Shown here: piece by piece, positions 14,801 to 21,000 of the stretch | How positions within the stretch are numbered: position 1 is the first letter of the stretch | Layout: the number at the start of each line of letters is the position of its first letter | Origin: Eledone cirrhosa | Lineage: Eukaryota | Length of the DNA stretch: 21,000 bases | Direction of reading: 5' to 3' | Assembly: GCA_964016885.1 (NCBI GenBank) | Contig: CAXHJY010000625.1 | Span: 1 to 21,000 of the forward strand | The notes under the pieces: generated by a model | Told to the model about the DNA's origin: nothing | The model's input: only the letters and a program-made list of their open reading frames with translations | Databases searched by the model: none | Made by a program: the position numbers and the translations under genes

Positions 14801-17800
14801 ACACATACAGTCACTACCAACAACATACAGTCACTACCACAACATACACATACAGTCACTACCTCAACATACACATACAGTCACTACCTCAACATACACA
14901 TACAGTCACTACCACAACATACACATACAGTCACTACCTCAACATACACATACAGTCACTACCACAACATACACATACAGTCACTACCTCAACATACACA
15001 TACAGTCACTACCTCAACATACACATACTGTCACTACCTCAACATACACATACAGTCACTACCTCAACATACACATACAGTCACTACCTCAACATACACA
15101 TACAGTCACTACCTCAACATACACATACAGTCACTACCTCAACATACACATACAGTCACTACCTCAACATACACATACAGTCACTACCACAACATACACA
15201 TACAGTCACTACCTCAACATACACATACAGTCACTACCTCAACATACACATACAGTCACTACCTCAACATACACATACAGTCACTACCTCAACATACACA
15301 TACAGTCACTACCTCAACATACACATACAGTCACTACCTCAACATACACATACTGTCACTACCTCAACATACACATACAGTCACTACCACAACATACACA
15401 TACAGTCACTACCTCAACATACACATACAGTCACTACCTCAACATACACATACAGTCACTACATCAACATACACATACAGTCACTACCTCAACATACACA
15501 TACAGTCACTACCACAACATACACATACAGTCACTACCTCAACATACACATACAGTCACTACCACAACATACATATACAGTCACTACCTCAACATACACA
15601 TACAGTCACTACCACAACATACATATACAGTCACTACCTCAACATACACATACAGTCACTACCTCAACATACACATACAGTCACTACCTCAACATACACA
15701 TACAGTCACTACCTCAACATACACATACAGTCACTGCCTCAACATACACATACAGTCACTACCACAACATACACATACAGTCACTACCTCAACATACACA
15801 TACAGTCACTACCTCAACATACACATACAGTCACTACCACAACATACACATACAGTCACTACCTCAACATACACATACAGTCACTACCTCAACATACACA
15901 TACAGTCACTATCTCAACATACACATACAGTCACTACCTCAACATACACATAGTGTCACTACCTCAACATACACATACAGTCACTACCTCAACATACACA
16001 TACAGTCACTACCACAACATACACATACAGTCACTATCTCAACATACACATACAGTCACTACCTCACATACACATACAGTCACTACCTCAACATACACAT
16101 ACAGTCACTACCTCAACATACACATACAGTCACTACCTCAACATACACATACAGTCACTACCTCAACATACACTTACAGTCACTACCACAACATACACAT
16201 ACAGTCACTACCTCAACATACACATACAGTCACTACCTCAACATACACATACAGTCACTACCTCAACATACACATACAGTCACTACCCGACATACACATA
16301 CAGTCACTACCTCAACATACACATACAGTCACTACCTCAACATACACATACAGTCACTACCTCAACATACACATACAGTCACTACTTCAACATACACATA
16401 CAGTCACTACCTCAACATACACATACAGTCACTACCTCAACATACACATAGTGTGACTACCTCACATACACATACAGTCACTACTTCAACATACACATAC
16501 AGTCACTACCTCAACATACACATACAGTCACTACCTCAACATACACATAGTGTGACTACCTCACATACACATACAGTCACTACTTCAACATACACATACA
16601 GTCACTACCACAACATACACATACAGTCACTACCTCACTATACACATACAGTCACTACTTCAACATACACTTACAGTCACTACCTCAACATCCACATACA
16701 GTCACTACCTCAACATACACATACAGTCACTACCTCAACATACACATACAGTCACTACCTCAACATACACATACAGTCACTACTTCAACATACACATACA
16801 GTCACTACCACGACATACACATACAGTCACTACCACAACATACACATACAGTCACTACCTCAACATACACATACAGTCACTACTTCAACATACACATACA
16901 GTCACTACCTCAACATACACATACAGTCACTACCTCAACATACACATACAGTCACTACTTCAACATACACATACAGTCACTACCACGACATACACATACA
17001 GTCACTACCACGACATACACATACAGTCACTACCTCAACATACACATACAGTCACTACCTCAACATACACATACAGTCACTACCTCAACATACACATACA
17101 GTCACTACTTCAACATACACATACAGTCACTACCTCAACATACACATACAGTCACTACTCAACATACACATACAGTCACTACCTCAACATACACATACAG
17201 TCACTACCTCAACATACACATACAGTCACTACCTCAACATACACATACAGTCACTACTTCAACATACACATACAGTCACTACCACGACATACACATACAG
17301 TCACTACCACGACATACACATACAGTCACTACCTCAACATACACATACAGTCACTACCTCAACATACACATACAGTCACTACCTCAACATACACATACAG
17401 TCACTACTTCAACATACACATACAGTCACTACCTAAACATACACATACAATCACTACCTCAACATACACATACAGACACTACTTCAACATACACTTACAG
17501 TCACTACCTCAACATACACATACAGTCACTACCTCAACATACACTTACAGTCACTACCTCAACATACACATACAGTCACTACTTCAACATACACATACAG
17601 TCACTACCTCAACATACACATACAGTCACTACTTCAACATACACATACAGTCACTACCACGACATACACATACAGTCACTACCACGACATACACATACAG
17701 TCACTACCTCAACATACACATACAGTCACTACCTCAACATACACATACAGTCACTACCTCAACATACACATACAGTCACTACTTCAACATACACATACAG

Positions 17801-20800
17801 TCACTACCACAACATACACATACAGTCACTACCACGACATACACATACAGTCACTACCTCAACATACACATACAGTCACTACCTCAACATACACATACAG
17901 TCACTACCTCAACATACACATACAGTCACTACTTCAACATATACATACAGTCACTACCTCAACATACACATACAGTCACTACCACAACATACACATACAG
18001 TCACTACCACGACATACACATACAGTCACTACCTCAACATACACATACAGTCACTACCTCAACATACACATACAGTCACTACCTCAACATACACATACAG
18101 TCACTACCTCAACATACACATACAGTCACTACTTCAACATACACATACAGTCACTACCACAACATACACATACAGTCACTACCACGACATACACTTACAG
18201 TCACTACCTCAACATACACATACAGTCACTACTTCAACATACACATACAGTCACTACCTCAACATACACATACAGTCACTACCTCAACATACACATACAG
18301 TCACTACTTCAACATACACATACAGTCACTACCACAACATACACATACAGTCACTACCACGACATACACATACAGTCACTACCTCAACATACACATACAG
18401 TCACTACCTCAACATACACATACAGTCACTACCTCAACATACACATACAGTCACTACTTCAACATATACATACAGTCACTACCTCAACATACACTTACAG
18501 TCACTACCTCAACATACACATACAGTCACTACTTCAACATACACATACAGTCACTACCTCAACATACACATACAGTCACTACTTCAACATACACATACAG
18601 TCACTACCACGACATACACATACAGTCACTACCTCAACATACACATACAGTCACTACCTCAACATACACATACAGTCACTACCTCAACATACACATACAG
18701 TCACTACTTCAACATACACATACAGTCACTACCTCAACATACACATACAGTCACTACCTCAACATACACATACAGTCACTACTTCAACATATACATACAG
18801 TCACTACCTCAACATACACTTACAGTCACTACCTCAACATACACATACAGTCACTACTTCAACATACACATACAGTCACTACCTCAACATACACATACAG
18901 TCACTACTTCAACATACACATATAGTCACTACCACGACATACACATACAGTCACTACCACGACATACACATACAGTCACTACCTCAACATACACATACAG
19001 TCACTACCTCAACATACACATACAGTCACTACCTCAACATACACATACAGTCACTACTTCAACATACACATACAGTCACTACCTCAACATACACATACAG
19101 TCACTACCTCAACATACACATACAGTCACTACCTCAACATACACATACAGTCACTACTTCAACATACACATACAGTCACTACCTCAACATACACATACAG
19201 TCACTACCTCAACATACACATACAGTCACTACCTCAACATACACATACAGTCACTACCTCAACATACACATACAGTCACTACCACAACATACACATACAG
19301 TCACTACTTCAACATACACATACAGTCACTACCTCAACATACACATACAGTCACTACCACAACATACACATACAGTCACTACCTCAACATACACATACAG
19401 TCACTACCACAACATACACATACAGTCACTACTACAACATACACATACAGTCACTACTACAACATACACATACAGTCATTACCTCAACATACACATACAG
19501 TCACTACCTCAACATACACATACAGTCACTACTGCAACATACACATACAGTCACTACTACAACATACACATACAGTCAAACACCTCAACATACACATACA
19601 GTCACTACTACAACATACACATACAGTCACTACCTCAACATACACATACAGTCACTACCTCAACATACACTTACAGTCACTACCTCAACATACACATACA
19701 GTCACTACCTCAACATACACATACAGTCACTACCACAACATACACATACAGTCACTACTTCAACATACACATACAGTCACTACCTCAACATACACATACA
19801 GTCACTACCACAACATACACATACAGTCACTACTACAACATACACATACAGTCACTACCTCAACATACACATACAGTCACTACCTCAACATACACTTACA
19901 GTCACTACCACAACATACACATACAGTCACTACTACAACATACACATACAGTCACTACCTCCACATACACATACAGTCACTACCACAACATACACATACA
20001 GTCACTACCTCAACATACACATACAGTCACTACCTCAACATACACTTACAGTCACTACCTCAACATACACATACAGTCACTACCTCACATACACATACAG
20101 TCACTACCACAACATACACATACAGTCACTACCACAACATACACATACAGTCACTACCTCAACATACACATACAGTCACTACCTCAACATACACATACAG
20201 TCACTACCTCAACATACACATACAGTCACTACCTCAACATACACATACAGTCACTACCTCAACATACACATACAGTCACTACCTCAACATACACTTACAG
20301 TCACTACCACAACATACACATACAGTCACTACCTCAACATACACATAAAGTCACTACCTCAACATACACATACAGTCACTACCTCAACATACACTTACAG
20401 TCACTACCACGACATACACATACAGTCACTACCTCAACATACACATACAGTCACTACCTCAACATACACATACAGTCACTACCTCAACATACACATACAG
20501 TCACTACCACAACATACACATACAGTCACTACCTCAACATACACATACAGTCACTACCTCAACATACACATACAGTCACTACCTCAACATACAGTCACTA
20601 CCTCAACATACACATACAGTCACTACTTCAACATACACATACAGTCACTACCACAACATACACATACAGTCACTACCTCAACATACACATACAGTCACTA
20701 CCACAACATACATATACAGTCACTACCACAACATACACATACAGTCACTACCTCAACATACACATACAGTCACTACCACAACATACACATACAGTCACTA

Positions 20801-21000
20801 TCTCAACATACACATACAGTCACTACCTCAACATACACATACAGTCACTACCTCAACATACACATACAGTCAATACTCAACATACACATACAGTCACTAC
20901 CACAACATACACATACAGTCACTACCTCAACATACACATACAGTCACTACCTCAACATACACTTACAGTCACTACCACAACATACACATACAGTCACTAC
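5801..21000. repeat. Sub-domain C: CCTCA-dominant monomers with CTTCA, CCACA, CCACG and CTACA variants and kb-scale internal duplications
   Basis: CCACG is first seen at about 6850. Shared rare-variant cassettes recur at 8437, 13068 and 16449, and at 9947 and 19534. Confidence 0.8.

Larger units (their letters stand above)
1..21000. repeat. Tandem satellite/minisatellite array, 25-bp monomer CAGTCACTACC(T/A)CAACATACACATA, about 840 copies, truncated at both window edges
   Basis: The 25-bp period is directly visible along the whole window in one orientation. The T-allele monomer has 10 A, 9 C, 5 T and 1 G (40% GC). Occasional units are 15, 19, 20, 24 or 26 bp. Copy number is estimated as 21000/25. 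Confidence 0.99.

Noticed and set aside
1229-17436. All listed + strand ORFs (66-950 aa) as protein-coding genes
   Set aside because: They are translations of the repeat. Starts are GTG and nearly all stops are TAG from the same TAGTGTG/TAGTGTC variant units. I saw no ATG start, RBS, unique domain or frame preservation (1-bp indels are tolerated), and all frames give the same peptide.
1-21000. CRISPR array
   Set aside because: The repeat length is in the CRISPR range, but the units abut directly with no unique spacers, leader or cas genes.
1-21000. Rolling-circle or concatemer sequencing artefact, or a reverse-transcriptase concatemer product (DRT2/neo-like)
   Set aside because: Repeated copying of one small template would give identical units with random errors. 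Here the variants form domains and recur as collinear multi-marker cassettes kilobases apart, which indicates an evolved genomic array. No RT gene or template is present in the window.
1-21000. let-7-like miRNA genes on the - strand (TGAGGTAGTGACTGTATGTG)
   Set aside because: There is no complementary arm to form a pre-miRNA hairpin because the array is unidirectional. The similarity is kept only as a target-site hypothesis on the + strand.
1-21000. G-quadruplex or i-motif forming repeat
   Set aside because: There is only one GG per 25 bp on the - strand and essentially no GGG tracts.
1-21000. Synthetic miRNA sponge construct
   Set aside because: The length, natural-looking divergence and absence of linkers, cloning sites or vector sequence argue against an engineered origin.
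1-21000. Assignment to a named satellite family or taxon
   Set aside because: I do not recognise the monomer. A BLASTN/Dfam/Repbase search would be needed.

Overview
The whole 21 kb window is one uninterrupted tandem array (satellite or very large minisatellite) of a 25-bp monomer, consensus CAGTCACTACC(T/A)CAACATACACATA, in about 840 head-to-tail copies that run off both ends. It has no unique sequence, no credible gene, no RNA gene and no CRISPR spacers. The listed ORFs arise because the monomer has no stop codon on the + strand. The array is internally structured. It shows strong C/A versus G/T strand asymmetry, a small variable window in the monomer, variant domains (including a 3-4-unit higher-order repeat at about 1.2-4.9 kb), and nested duplications with offsets from about 100 bp to about 9.6 kb. 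Two sequence-level points stand out. First, the T-allele monomer contains a perfect let-7 8mer site with extended 3' complementarity, resembling a bulged miRNA sponge; this is speculative and needs evidence of transcription. Second, the main multi-base variant looks like a quasi-palindrome template-switch product. The organism cannot be identified from the sequence; a eukaryotic origin is inferred from array size.
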